DNA of 64,000 nt from Lama guanicoe (lineage: Eukaryota): contig MU054338.1 in the NCBI GenBank assembly GCA_013239625.1, positions 6,178,724 to 6,242,723 of the forward strand, written 5' to 3'. Positions 15,660 through 31,080 of this stretch are shown here, one piece after another. The position numbers were made by a program, and so were the translations under genes. The notes under the pieces were generated by a model, which saw only the letters and a list, made by a program, of their open reading frames with translations, did no database searches and was not told the origin of the DNA. The stretch's first letter is position 1. Every line of letters begins with the position of its first letter.

Positions 15660-16560
15660 TTAAGTCTTTCACACTTATTTATCAAGCACCTACTGTGTGC
15701 CAGGGACCATTCCAGGTACGGGGCTGCATCATTAAAGACTTACAGGGCTGTATGCTGCTGTCATGAGCTCACAGCTTTATCAGGAAGACAAGCCATAAAA
15801 GAGTTAAAAAATTAAGTATCCATGGTAATCCCAGAGAAGTACTTTGAGGAAGGGGCTGGAGGTGAGAGGTGGTAGGGGCCTCTATAAGGTGATGACTGGC
15901 AATAAAAACTAAATAACCACAAGGAGTCATGTGCAGCATGTGCAAAGGCCCTGGGGCAGGAATAAGTCTAACTTGTTCAATGGAGAGAGGACTGGGGAGA
16001 GTTAGGTAGGTGAGGACAGAGCATTAGGCAGGGGCTGAAGAGAAAAGTGTTAGTCAGTGGATAATGGGAAGCCAGTTTTAACCCAGGCAACAGATCTAAT
16101 GTAAGTTAATTGCAAAAAGAGTCTTCAAAAGCTCTGTGGGAAACACACTGTGCAGGTCAGGATGAGAGCAGGGAGGCTAGGAGGAGGTGCACACCAGATG
16201 GCAGGGTGAACAGCATTGAGGGGAAAGAGCTAAGAGCATGCACCATGGGGACACCGGGGATAAGAAGTGCAAGCAAGGGTCAAGAGGCCACAGGGTCTGT
16301 AGTCCACTCGACTGCTGGATGGTATGCCTGGGAACAGAGACAGGAGGGGAAAGTGTGGGGCATAAGGCCATCTGGACAGGCCAACTTTAAGCCATCCAGA
16401 TGGAGCTGGAGGGGAGGTGCCTGGGTACAGGGGCTAGCGCTCCAGGACACATCACAGCTGGAGATGCACCCTGGAGACAGTCATTAGGCAAAGATTTACT
16501 GATGTATCTGGGGATTTACGGTGAATGAGGCACAGCCCCCTCCCCTGATGGAGCTAACAT
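15660..16560. mobile_element. L2 fragments
   Basis: ttatttatcaagcacctactgtgtgccagg and gcatgtgcaaaggccctggggcagga motifs. Confidence 0.6.
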
Positions 16561-17436
16561 TCATCAAGGTAGGCCAGCCCTGAACCAGTTATAAATGCAA
16601 TGGAGAAACGGAGAGTGCAAGGTGCTATGGGAGTGGATCTCAGGCACCCCCAGCAGTGTGAAAAAGGGCGATACAGACCTACTGTGCACCAGGCATCTCA
16701 CACAGCATCTGGGGCCCAGGAGGCCTTGGCAAAGCAAAGAGCAACTAGCGATGTTCAAGAGATGTCCACCGCGAAACTTGCTGGGGAGCTTTTTGAGTGA
16801 GGAATGAGCCAAAAGTTGGATAATACACTGGTGGTGAGGAGAAATGGCACTTTCATTCCAATGTGTACCTGAACAATCTCCATGGAGAGCAGTTTTGCAG
16901 AATCTATAAAATTTCCATGTGCACGGAAATCCCCCATACCCAAATAATGCCATGTTTACAGATTTATTCTGACGTGAGTGCACATGTGTGAAACGAGAGG
17001 TATGCAAGTGTATTTATCATAGCATGGTTTTAATGAAAGATTAGAACCATCTGTTGTCCATTCAGGGAGTCAGTCTCCTGACTGGCTAAATAAATTATGG
17101 TTCAGCCACCAGGCAGAATGCAACCAGAAAAAAAAAAAGAGCTTTTGCTGTACAAACAGGGGATGATCAAAGGCATGTTGCTATGGGAGGGAACACTGCG
17201 CACATCACACACCATTTGGGGACCACACACATCACATACCATGTGGGGACATCATGTACCGTCTGCCTGTATACACACAGAAATTTCTCTGGAAGGATGC
17301 ACACCAGGGAATTGGGAGGCTGGGACAGAGGCAGGAGGGTGATTTCTGGCTGCACACCCACTGGCCTCTAAAATTGTGAACCACATCAGCGTGTCAGGGC
17401 TGACCTGGGTAGAGACACCAGGCAGCAGCACCCTCA

Positions 17437-17745
<309 letters not shown>

Positions 17746-18433
17746 TCAGTTCCAGGTGGAAATGAAAAGCCCTCCTGCCCTGGGGTTTGAGCTTCCTCTG
17801 GATTCCAGCTGACATGGCCCTTCCCCAAGTCTCCCACTGGCCCGGGTGCTGACCCTGGTGTGACCTCACAGGACCAGCTGTTCCCTGACTTTCTTCCACC
17901 ACAGCTCTAAGGAAATCCTACTTAAGCGACTAGCTCTTCAGTGCCCATCACTGAACCTCAGGCTCCAAGAGGATGGGGAATGAGCCCATTTTATCCACTG
18001 CTTTGACCCAACAGATGTGACCCTCAAATACTGACGACTACACTTTATACAGAACACTGGGGAGCCCTGTCATCCTGCCTGCCCTCCACGGTGCTGGGGA
18101 GCATTCCCAGGAGGGAAGGGGTCAGCCGTCCCGGAGGACGGTATCTAAGCTGCAACTGCACCTCCCCTCAGCCTCTCACTTGAATCACACAGTGGACTCA
18201 TTCCCAGTATCCCTCTCTTCCCACTATCAGCTTAGAGACACCAGGTCACCGTGACCCACAAGACAAGGGAGGGAACCAAACCCAAGCCTTTGGGAACCGA
18301 GCAAGCCGGGTGAGACCCAAAGAGGACAGCAGGAGGAAGGGAGGATAGGTCCTCGGCCTGCTCGCTCTGACGAGGCTCATCTCAGGGTTGCACAATGAAA
18401 GCTCCACTAGGGAGTTAGGGCACAGATGCGTCA

Positions 18434-19440
<1,007 letters not shown>

Positions 19441-19599
19441 TCAGCAACATGTCAACGATTAAAGTTGAAACTATGCAGATCTAGGCTTTCTCTGGGCCTG
19501 TCCGCCTGCCCCTCAGCTTGGCCAGGCCCACTCCCCTCATTTCTGTTATCCACAGAGCCCTTGAGCTTCCCACTCCATGACAGGGGGTCATCTATTTCA

Positions 19600-19745
19600 T
19601 CATTTCTCAAACTTCCCTGTTTGGAAAAGTCACCTGCAGGGCTTGTTAAAACAGAGTCCTGCCCCTCTCCCAAGATTCTGACTCAGCAGGTCTGGAGCGG
19701 GACCCAGGCACCTGCATTTCTAAGACGCTCCTGGGTGGCACCAGA
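19600..19745. mobile_element. MER5A-like fragment
   Basis: ttctcaaactt...agattctgactcagcaggtctggagcggg...ctgcatttctaa. Confidence 0.65.
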
Positions 19746-19964
19746 GCTGCCCTCCTTTGAAGCCCAGCCTGCCCAGCCCTGGTCTAACCCCCAGTGCTGA
19801 CCACGGGTCTGCCCCTCCAGTGTTCGCTCTCCTGGGGGCTCCAGGACAAGACGGCCTGAACAGGGCACCAGCCAAGCCCAAGCTAACCAGCTCTCTGTGG
19901 CAGGGTCTCCCACGGGGCTCAACTGTCCTGGATCCTCTGAATCCATCTATGGGACACCCAACTA

Positions 19965-20159
<195 letters not shown>

Positions 20160-22008
20160 CTACGAGAGTGGACACACAAGGCAGGATCAGCAAGGGGGGA
20201 CAGGAAGAGGCAGCAAGAAAAGCATCACCTGAGACAAGTTCAATGTCACTGAAAATGTCTGTCCAAAGCCACCACAGCATTTACTGCCAACACGACCAAG
20301 TGGCTTAGGTCCAAGACATGGTCCTGACATCTACTTAAGTGTCAACGCAGATGCATAAGACAATGCCACCCAAGGGAGGGTGATGGCCTGGAGACTAGTG
20401 GTCAAGAGGCAAGGGGACATCTAGACTAGGACACCAGGGGGAGGGTGGGGAGACAGCTTCAGATGGCCAACATCTCACAAGGGAAGGACACACACAGCTC
20501 CTCGTCAGGAGCAGTTTTATCCGGGATACCAGGCTTCCTGTTCATCATCACAAGAAGACCTTGTCACCATGGATCTTCAGATCAGGGACTCTCTTTCTGG
20601 GGGGGCTATAAATTAGACACAGGAATGCCTGCCCATGAAGTACGGTAACAGTATGTCAAATGCCCTCGCTTTTGGTCTCCTCCCTACTTGTTGAGCAGGA
20701 GGCTGTGTGCTGCATCGTTCCGTCCCTCCTAAGGGGCACGATCAAATCCTGGTGGAAGGGAAACACACCTTTCCCCTTCTGATGCTTGGCACTAAACACT
20801 CCCCCTATGGAATGGCTGGGAAAGGGGATGTTTTCCAAGACCCTTCCAGGCACTCTGTAGGCTCAGTTAATACGAATGTCCTGCTCTCTGGTCAAACAAG
20901 TGGCCCAGCAAAGTCAGCTACAGCTCAGGGTGTGCTGTGAGAGGACGAGGGGAGGGCCCCTGGCTGGGAGCACAAGTGGCAGCTTCACCAGCAGGAGAAG
21001 CCATCAGGATGCCAAGCAGACCCCAGGGTGGAGCCCACTCCTGCTCCTTCTTTCCTGACCAGAAGAGCTGACTGACGGGCTCACTTGTGTGGGCAGGGTG
21101 GGGGCCTCTGCTCCTAGACCAGACACATGGCAGGAGTCTGACAGACAAGTGTCACATGTCCCAGAGGAAGAAACAAAATGGGCAGAGAGGGAAAAATGGG
21201 ACCATACTGGAGAAGAAACTGGCCTAAATGAGCAGGGTTGAGGCACCAACAGCTTCCCACGAGGGAGGTGACAAGACAGATGTGGTACCAAAGTTGACAG
21301 AAATATATGGGAAATGAGTTGGGGGGTCACCTCACTGTGCTGGAGGCCACTGAGGTGGCACATGCCTGAGGTGTTGTGAGGGTGGGAGGGATGGGATGGC
21401 TCTGCCACCAACTCGCTGAATGACCATCTCTCTGAGACCTTACTTCCTCGTCTGCAAAATGGGCACAATACCCACCTACACCTGATGCGTTGGGAGAGGG
21501 GGACTCAGTAAAATGGGGTACAAACACACAGACTGCCCTTGTAGGGAGGTCAGAGGGGTTAGCAGAGGCCCCTTCCCCCCCAGGCCACACCACTCACATT
21601 TTCTACCATGACAGCCTCCTGTGGCCCCTGATGCTTGGAAATGTCACCTTTTCTTCTAGCTGAGGATACCTAAGAGGGTATTTCCTCATTTCCTCCAACC
21701 ACTTTCCAGAAACACAAGAAAGAGGAAAGCTGGTTGTGTTAAAAGCGGGTTTTCCATCTCACTGGCAAAAGCACCCTGTTCAGCGCAGGTAGTGCTCGAA
21801 GTCAGGATCCAGTGGGGTTAAAGGGCACCCACTGCTGTGCCTCGTGAATCACCCAGGCAAGCTGAGCAGCCCGAGGGGAGGAAACCATGGGCCATAAGCC
21901 ATCTATTAGGATTCAAACATTTTCACTCATTAACGTGAGAGACAGGGTGGGACAGCTGCCAACGCGCTGCCCGCTGCTCACCCTCCGGTCTCTAATCGCA
22001 GGGACTCA

Positions 22009-22311
<303 letters not shown>

Positions 22312-22810
22312 TCAGTGTGGGGGTCGTGGCCGTTGGCGGGACAAGTCAGAACGGGTCAAGGAGGATCATAAACAGTCATGTCAGAGCACACATCTGACAG
22401 GGAGCTGGCGCCTTTGACACGCACCCAGTCCTCTCCCCTCCATTCTTCTCCAAGGAGGTGATACACCAGGCATCCAAAATTGGATCCAAGTCCCCCAAGG
22501 AAGGGGTGGGACTCAGGAGGTGGAGGCACAGACTTGCCAACAGGTGACAGTGCCTGACTTCCCTGGTATCTTTTTGACTGTAACAGAGGGAAGTCTCAAG
22601 GTAGTGCTGGCACACCCTTCACACCACTCTGATGCTTGCTCATCTTCCTATTTTAGAAAAAAGAAGAGCGTGACTAAGGCTCAAAGCCTCTGCCAGCAAT
22701 AGCATCTGACTGGACCTTCATAAATTCAACTAAAACAAACATTCATGGCAAGTAACGCTGGTTTCCACTTAAGGCAGTGAGATCAAGTTTCCCTGAAAAT
22801 AAGTGAATTT

Positions 22811-23550
22811 GGGTGGAGGGTATAGCTCAGTGGCAGAGCACATGCTTAGCAGGCACGAGGTCCTGGGTTCATTCCCTACTACTGAGGTGGGAATCCCCAT
22901 AAAAAGACTGGCAGGACCCCAAGGCAGGGCCACTACTCTCCTGTCAGCACCATCTGGTTCCCAGAGGCTCTATCTCACTTTTTGCCTCTGAAACGGCTTA
23001 CTTACCCCTAAAACTCTATTGGTTCCCTGAGTTCACTCCTGGTTGGGTATTTCCTTCACTCCTGATTGGTCCATTTCCCTAACTCCTGATTGGTCCACTT
23101 GTAGTACTTCATTTGCATGGAGCTCACTCCTGATTGGTTATTTCTCTCCTTCCTGATTGGCCCATTTCTACAAAGCTTGTTCTTAATTAGTCAACTTTTG
23201 TTATACCTTATTTCCATATGATGTTGCAGTGTAAACTGGTAGCCTAAAAAAGCCTGTGTAAACTTACAGATGGGGTGCAGAGCTTGGAGTGTCAACTCCT
23301 CTGGGCCCGCTGGCGTAATAAACCTAAGTTCTCTAACTCTCTGAGTGCTGCTTGGTCTCTTGCTGGGATCCAGGTTGCTGTCACAGCTGAGCTGTAACAC
23401 CGAGCTATAACAATGAGCTGTAACACGTTTTTCTGCAACACTACCTCCATTAAAAAGAAAGAAAGAAAGAAATAAACCTAGTTACTCCCCAAATAAAACA
23501 AATTTAAAAATTTTAAGTATTAAAAAAAAGAAAAAAAAGAAAAAAGAAAA
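22811..23550 (+). mobile_element. tRNA-derived SINE (camelid-type), split by an LTR at 22883-23440
   Basis: A box tagctcagtgg, B box ggttcattcc; sequence resumes ctacctccattaaaaa plus A-rich tail after the LTR. Confidence 0.85.
22883..23440 (+). mobile_element. ERV1-type solo LTR, 558 bp
   Basis: TG...CA termini; 4-bp TSD ctac (22879-22882 and 23441-23444); AATAAA 23317-23322; CCAAT repeats in U3. Confidence 0.88.
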
Positions 23551-23789
23551 GTATTTAAAAGTAGGCTCATTTAAAGAGAAGTATTACAGAACCTATGGCA
23601 CTCTGATACCAAACATTTCACAAGTGATACTCAAGAGTCTAAAGTTTAATGAATATTGCTGTAAACTAAAAATTGATACCCAGAACTATGACTCAGAACC
23701 TCCACAAGGTCCAAAACTCAGCTAAATAAAATCTAATGATGTTGATAAATTATGCTTGCTATGAATGGCCAGGGAGTCGATAAATGTTA

Positions 23790-24340
23790 CCAATGCTTTC
23801 ACAGCAGTATTATATACATTAGCCAAGATACAGAAGCAACCTAAGTGTCCAATAGATGAATGGATAAAGGTGGGGGGGATGGAATATTACTCATCCATAA
23901 AAAGAATTAAATTTTGCCATTTGCAACAACACGGACGGACCTGGAGAGTATTATGCTTAATGAAATAAGTCAGAAAAAGATAAACGTTATCACTTATATA
24001 GAGAACTTAAAAAAATAAAACAAATGAATATAAAAAAAGAAACAGACTCACAGATGGAACAAGCTAGTGGTTACCAGTGGGGAGAAGAGAGGAGGGGCAA
24101 GATAGGAGTAGAGGATCAGGAGGTACTACTAAGTATAAAATATATACATAAAATGTATAAAAAGTATAAATCTACTAGGTATTAAATGAATAAGCAACAA
24201 GGATATATTGCACAGCACAGGGAATACAGCCAATATTTTACAGTAACTTTAATTGGATTATAATCTATAAAAATGTTTGAATCACAATATCGATCACCTG
24301 AAACTAATATTTTAAATCAACTATACCTCAATTAAAAAGA
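23790..24340 (+). mobile_element. L1 3' end (ORF2 tail and 3' UTR)
   Basis: KQPKCPIDEWIK..MEYYSSIK peptide; cacagggaatacagccaatattt; A-rich end. Confidence 0.85.
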
Positions 24341-25379
24341 AAATGTTACTGACTCAGCTCTGTGTAAACATTCACACGATCTGCTACAGAAACAGGATAC
24401 TGTTTGATCCCGAGCCGCCGCCTAGTCTCTGCCCTGTGACATCTCCTTTGCTAAAATGCTGATCCTGGAGTTCGAAATCTCTGGTCCAGGGGTCTGTCTA
24501 CAGGGAGGACGCATCAGCAGTCACACTTTCCGAGGGGGAAGCCGAGGGACATGGACAAGGCTGCGGCTGGGTCAAGGGCAATGGCTCCTTGGGGCTCCCC
24601 TCTGGCCCACAGAGCACGGCTCTCAAGTTGGAAGGGGGTCAATGGTCCTGCACCTCCTTAAGGAACCTGCGGCATCTGGCAGCTCATGGTTTCTTTCTCA
24701 CCTGGAGGTCTCCACTACAAGTTGAGCCAACTGAAACTGACAGCAAAATAAAATCCATGCCACCTCCCAATCTAAAGGCAGACATGTCTGCATGCCTCCG
24801 GAATGACAGCTCCTCTCGAGGGAGTTTATGTTCAGCATTAGCCCTTCACTGTTCTTCCCTTCAAAGTGCACTGTACCTCCAGGAATTAACTGTCTCCTCT
24901 CACAGCAGTGCCAGCATCATCAGCGACAGAGCAGATCACCAGACACTGGAGGGCATCGAAAAAGATCTGTGTGCCGGAATACGGCAACATCCACTTTTCA
25001 GAAGCAAGGAATTTCACAACACACTTTTAGAATGGCATCTGTTCAGAAGCTGCCACCTCAGAAGGGTCAGGCTAGCAGGTAAGTGCTCGGAGCCACCATC
25101 AGCAAACTCATTTCTGGACTGAACGCCCAGACACACATGGGGAACAATAGTAAAGGAGACCCCAAAAGTGCAAAATTGTGTCAAGGCAAAACCATTCCGA
25201 GAGGCAAAGCAGGGAAAGTTCCATCAGAAGTCCCATCCGTGATGCTGGTGCTGTTTGTGGACAGCGTAGCAGTGGAAAGAACAGAAAACCAGAAGCAGGC
25301 AGCGGTTCTCGGTGTAGTACTGAGGAGGGGCATTTTGTTTATTTACTTGCCCTGAGTTCTGGCACACCTAAAGTGCCCT

Positions 25380-26190
25380 GATCCCAGGTATACAGCTGGA
25401 TGAATCCAGGATCAGACATAGCACTTCCAAAATTCCAGAAGGGGGAGAGGGCCCCTTCCCAGACAAGACGACCCTCCCAGGCAGAACCCCTGCTCTGGCT
25501 CTACTGCTGCAGGTTAGTTTCACCTGGTATTGAACTCGGTCTGATAGAGGGTCACACAGTTTATGTCTGTGCATCATTAGGTCCAGGAGGGACATCCGCA
25601 CTGTTGGGATAGCTATCAACTCTCTACTCGTCCATTCTCCTGTTCATAGATGCGATGCTACCAGGTCTTGGTTAGCACAAACAAAGCTGCTGTAAACAAT
25701 GTCATTTGATGGACGTGGGTGCTCATTTTCCTTGTGTATCCAGGAGAGGAAGTGTTGGTCATACGGGAGGTGTAAATTTAGCTTGGTGGATATCGACAGC
25801 TTTTCAAGTGAGGACTACAATCGCACACTCTGCTCTCCCTGCAGCAGTCGGGGTGAATGTTCCAGTTCCTCTAAATCAACACCAACACTTTGTACTGTCA
25901 GTTTTTAAAATTTGTGGCCGTTCTGGTAAGTGTATAATCATATCTTATTACGGTTTTAATTTGCATTTCCCTTGTGACCAGCAGTGCTGAGCGCCTGTCC
26001 ACATGCTTACTGGCCATTGAGAGCTCCACTTCTGTACAGGCTCTATGTTTTCACTAACATCTTACTGGGGAAATGTGGTTGCCATTACTGTCTCCCACTG
26101 ATGTAGAGTTTTTAATGACGTCCAATGTATCAAGTTTGTTCTTTTATGGTTAATGATTTTGAGGTCTTGTTTAAGAAATCTTTGTCTACT
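25380..26190 (-). mobile_element. Old L1 fragments
   Basis: ggttttaatttgcatttcc, gctgctgtaaaca and similar minus-strand L1 3' motifs. Confidence 0.6.
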
Positions 26191-26191
26191 T

Positions 26192-27030
26192 GTGACAAAG
26201 AGCAATAATATATTTGGTGTCTGCCCTCGGTTCCTGACAGAGCTCCTAAAACCCTCATGATTTCCTAAGTGACAGGGGTGATAAGAACGTCTTACACAGA
26301 GCTCCAAAATCCCCACGTGAGACGTTCCTGAGCCATAGGGGTCTATTTTGTTCTAATAGACTAGGTAGGCTCCTGGATGGCTTCAGGATGGGAGGTGGTC
26401 GCAAGAAAGACAAAGCCATGGTTAGAAACTTAGAACCTTCAGCCCCATCCCCACCCCATCCTCCAGGGAGGGAAGAGGGGCTGGAAATTGAGTTAATCAA
26501 CCATGCTTTTGTGATAAAGCACCAAAAATCTCTAAACTACAGCGTTGAGGAGAGCTTCTGGGTTGGTGAACATATCCACATGCCAGGAGGGTGGTGTACC
26601 CCAGCTTAATGGGGACAGAAGCTCCTGCTCTCGAGACCCTTCCAGACCTCACCCTATGTATCTCTTCTGCTATTCACCTGTATCCTTTATAAACTGGTAA
26701 ACATAAGACATAACCAAATGGCTCCTTGAGTTTTTTGAGTTGTTAGAGGAAATTATTAAACCTGAGGAGGGAGTCATGGGAACCCTCACTGGTGAGCAAG
26801 CTGGATAGAAGTGTGGATAACCTGGGGGCCCACTGCTTGCAACTGGCATCTGAAGTGAGGGGCAGCCTTGTGGGCTTGGGCCCTTAACCTGTGAGGTCTG
26901 CACTAACTCTGGGTATTTATCATCAGAATTGAATTGAACTGCAGGACACCCAGTGATGTCCACAGAAACTTGGAGAACTGCTTCGTGTGGAAAACTCACA
27001 TGTTTGGTGTCAGAAGTGTTGTGAAAAGAG
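26192..27030 (+). mobile_element. MER21-like LTR
   Basis: ggttcctgacagagctcctaaaaccc, gaattgaattg..ggacacccag, tttggtgtcagaagtgttgtga. Confidence 0.75.
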
Positions 27031-30000
27031 GAATCAGGTCAAGGTCATGGAGACAGAGAAAGAGAAGGCATATTTTAAAATCCAGGGGGACTGTGACTTG
27101 CCCCCACCTTCTAGTACTTTATAACTACTGAGGACATGCCAGTCACGAAGAAACCACAGGGAGGGAAGATCCGTTCAGAGAGGGGAGGGAAAGGAGTGGG
27201 CCCATTTGGTAATAAGCATTTATTTCCTCACTGAGGCTGCACCACCACCCTACAAGGAAGAGCCATCATACAGAGGGGTCCCTGAGGCTCACAGGCCATA
27301 CAGCAGGTCAGTGAAGGAGCTGGTGTCACAAGGCCAAGGCCACAGTACAGCCTGGACTCTGAGCATGGACTCTGCCATCTGCCAACCACACGATGCTGGA
27401 CTCCCTGAGCCTGTTTCCTCCTCTGCAGGCTGGAGCTGAGACCAGCCCCTCCCCAGGGGTCGCCGGCTGCACCACACAAGGTACCACATGCAAGGCACAC
27501 AGCAGCAAGCACGAACACACTGCTGGTGACATCAAGGCCCTCCTCGGATACAGAGCAGCCACTAACTGCTTGTCACCACTGTCCTGTCACACAGGTTAAG
27601 TCCTTCGATCCCCCTTCCCTCATACAGAGATGAGTAAACTGAGCCACGTGTTAAGTAACCACTCTGGAGAATTTGCTTCCAAAACAGCCTCCCTGCAGGA
27701 CAAATCTCAGTTATTGCTCCCAGCCTGCAGCGCTCAGGACAAGCGGCTCGCTTCCCCCTGAGGAATTAGGGGCTGCACAAGGCAGCTTTGCTGACCTGGA
27801 GGAACAGCAGCTGCCTGAAGGCCACACAGTCTCGGTGCAAATGAGGACCAGCTGTCAAAAGTGATGACATGGTCCAGCCTGACAATCAAGGGGCAGGATT
27901 TGGGCTGCTGCAAACTCTCCCTTGCCCTCACGCTTCCCCTGGATGAAGGTGGTGTTCTTAGCCATCATCAAGCTCCTTTCAGCCAGCTAACCCTTCCTGA
28001 GGGGCGCGGGGGGGCCTGGCCCTGCTGAGCCAGAGAGGGTGTGAGACAGGGTTCCAACATGCTGCCACCCACGGGGGCTGGACAAGCCTGGCCAGGAATT
28101 TCAGAAGAGTTGCAATCTGAGAATAATGTACACCCCTTCCCTTCCTATACAGGAAACTAAAGATATGGCATTTTCAGCAAATTCCTTGGGTCACTGAGGT
28201 CAGCCTTAAGGCTACTTCAAAGGGTTTCAGGTGGCTTCCTGGTGCTGCCTGGACTCCTGCAACAAGCCCCTGACAAGTCACTTGGTGTAGCCTGGAAAAT
28301 GTAGGGCGACCCTGCACCACACAGAAATCCACCTCAAGCCAGACACACATCTCAGACCTACGCAGGTGAGAAAAGCAAAAGACAAAGGGGTGTGGGGGCC
28401 AAAATGGCAAAATCACCAGCACACGCATCTGGGACCTTATTGAGACGCATGTGGCCGGGGGGGGGGGGGCAGATGTCTCTGGGGGCTCCACGTGGAGATT
28501 CCAGGCAGGGAGCCCAAAGGAATGTGATTGAAACTAAAAGTACTTAAGGGCAAGAACCAAAAAGCTGAAAACTAAGACGTTCAGGAGGCTGTGAGATGAA
28601 AACAGACTCCAGGATTCCTGGAGTCAGAGTGTCTGTGAGGAGCTCAGCCAGGTCACCTCGGAATCTCCGAGAAGCCCCTCCACAGCCAAACAATCAGAAC
28701 CGCCCACAGTCCACGCTGCAAAAGTCAGAGAGCATACTTAAAAATGAACGCAGCAGCTATGTGCACATGTTCATGGAGGATGATCCAAAATGAAACAGGG
28801 GAAGAAGGTATTGTCACAGTTAGGTGTGCCTGGCCTGAGATCCACTTTGCTAACAACAATAATATCCACATGCTAATCCAAGCCTAGAAGTGAGACCAAA
28901 GAAAACACGCACCAAACTGCCGTTGGCAGCGGCCAGCGGCTCTCTCTGGAGGCGTGTGATGGGGAACTTGCACTTTCCACATCATGGATTTCTGGAGCTT
29001 TTTGTATGTGTGTGTTTGTTTTAACCATTTATTACTGTTGTAAACAGATTTTTTAAAACATTTTTTAAGGAAAAAAACAAGCCTAGGTCAGAAAAAATAC
29101 CTGGGAAATAAACACCCAGAAAAGATGCCCAGGAAGTGCCTTTGTGGAAATAAAATGGGATGAAAGGATTTGAGGACTGTGTTATTTTCCATCCACTTTC
29201 AACTTCACCAAAATCACTACGTCAACATTTAAATGCGGAACTAAACTGCTTGAAAAGGATTGCAGTGGCTGGGCCACTGCGGCAGGACAAGATCAGGACC
29301 CTCTGACATCTGCCTGCTGAGATTATGTGTTGGTTGGTTTTTTGTTTTTTTTTTTTAAAATCGCCTAAAACCCAGCACTATATTTAAGTTTGGCCCCAGG
29401 ATATCTGCTATTTTGTTTTTCGGGCTTGGAAAAAAATCTGTTTTGAAGACACATTTTAGCAGCAGATGTACTGCAATCAAGTCATGACCTGGTGCTCAGA
29501 TGGTTCAAGGCAGCTGGGCAGGGTGGCTTCGGCAAAGCCAGCCCCATTTGTCACATTGAAAATACAGAATAAGATCCCCTCCCAAATCTACAACTGAAAA
29601 AACTCTCCCCACCTGATCTGATGGCGGGGAGTGCGCTAGTCCTGGAACCTGCAAGGACGGATGGGACAGGGCACCCATGGTTTGAGGGACTGAGCTTCCC
29701 AAAGCCGGATGTTCTGTGACACTTTCCTTGCGATATAATTAAGTAACAAAATCTTGCCCTACATTTAAAAGAGAACATTTCAGAAACTAAAAAACCATGT
29801 CACAATGATAAATTACAATGTCTTCTCAGTTCTACCTAAGAGATAGACAGGCCAAATTGTTACCAAGTATTATTTTTAGCACTGGGAATTCTGTATCATT
29901 TTATTCATTGGAATCCCCCCCACACACACCCTTTTAAAATTTTTCATTCACTTGAAAGCCACTGAAGAGCACTTCTTTGTCTACAACATGGCAGAAGACA

Positions 30001-30479
30001 CGAAGAGAACCAGGCCAGTCTTCTGTCCTCAGGGAGTTCAAGCTCTAATCCAGCACGGAGATAGTGTCCACTCCCAAGAATACAAACCCTAGCCTAGCTA
30101 CACAGGTGTTTTTCAAACTCTCTTAACCATGACCCAGAGTCCAATGTGACTGAGCACAAACATGCATCAAGTAACCATAACTAGTTTTACGGTTCTGTCC
30201 TGACCCTGCTCCCCGTAAAACCCAGGTAGATGCTCTTCCTTTTCTCTGTTGAGCCTGGCCAAGCCCCCCTGGACAGATGTCATGACCCATCACTGGGTCT
30301 GTCGTGGTGCCTGCTATACACTCAACACTGACCATGATGTGTGACCCACGGAGAGGGCAGGAGAGAAGGCCCCCACGACAGGGACACACAAATGCAAGAG
30401 TGGCCAAGAGGAGGTGGGGAGGCGTGGCACCTACAGCTGCTGAGTGTCACTCATGTCAGGCCCTCCAGCCCCCCAAATA

Positions 30480-31080
30480 CCAACTGAGAACCAACCCTGT
30501 GCTGAACAGGGTTCCAGGCACTGGGCATCCAGCAGAGAACAAAGTCCCTACCTGATGGGATTGACATCTGAGTGACAGAAACAAGCATACAAATAAATGT
30601 GACACAGTGTCACGAACTGGGTGGAAGTGCTATGAATAGTCAAGCAAGGTTAACAGTCAAGCTGATGGGAAGTGCTCTTTCAACCACGGTGGCCAGGGAT
30701 GGTCTCAAAGACAGGGACACATCTAAGCAGAGACCTGAAGTGAAATGGGAGCCAGTGGCTATGGATAGGCAGAAGGACCTGCAAGTGCAAAGGTCCCAGG
30801 GTAGGACCCTGAAGGAACAGAGCAGGAGAGAGAGGTGTGGCAGCAGATGAGGTCAGAGCTGAGTGGAGAGGGCAGAGCACAGGCCTTGAGGGCAGTGATA
30901 AGGAAGGAGGACTCTTACTTGAAGTGCAATGGGAAACCACTGTTATGTTCTGGGCAAGGCAGTGACATGATCTGATGATGGCTTTAGAAGATTTCTCTGG
31001 ACAGACCGATGAAACGGCTGTGAGGATGAGAGAATGAGAAGGGACAAGGCTGACCAAAGTGACCAGCAGGGCCTCAGCTA
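30480..31080. mobile_element. L2 fragment
   Basis: caagtgcaaaggtccc, gacatgatctgat motifs. Confidence 0.6.

Noticed and set aside
22811..22882. tRNA-like sequences here and at 55040 and 56655 as real tRNA genes
   Set aside because: They lack a proper acceptor stem and continue into SINE-type tails
23010..23165. Repeat-spacer pattern of tcctgattgg units as a CRISPR-like array
   Set aside because: Eukaryotic context, short units with irregular related spacers and no cas genes; explained as LTR U3 enhancer repeats
24589..25122. 177-aa + strand ORF in SMARCA4 intron 1 (also the 176-aa ORF at 12912)
   Set aside because: Non-ATG starts and no recognisable homology; the 12912 ORF overlaps L2-like sequence
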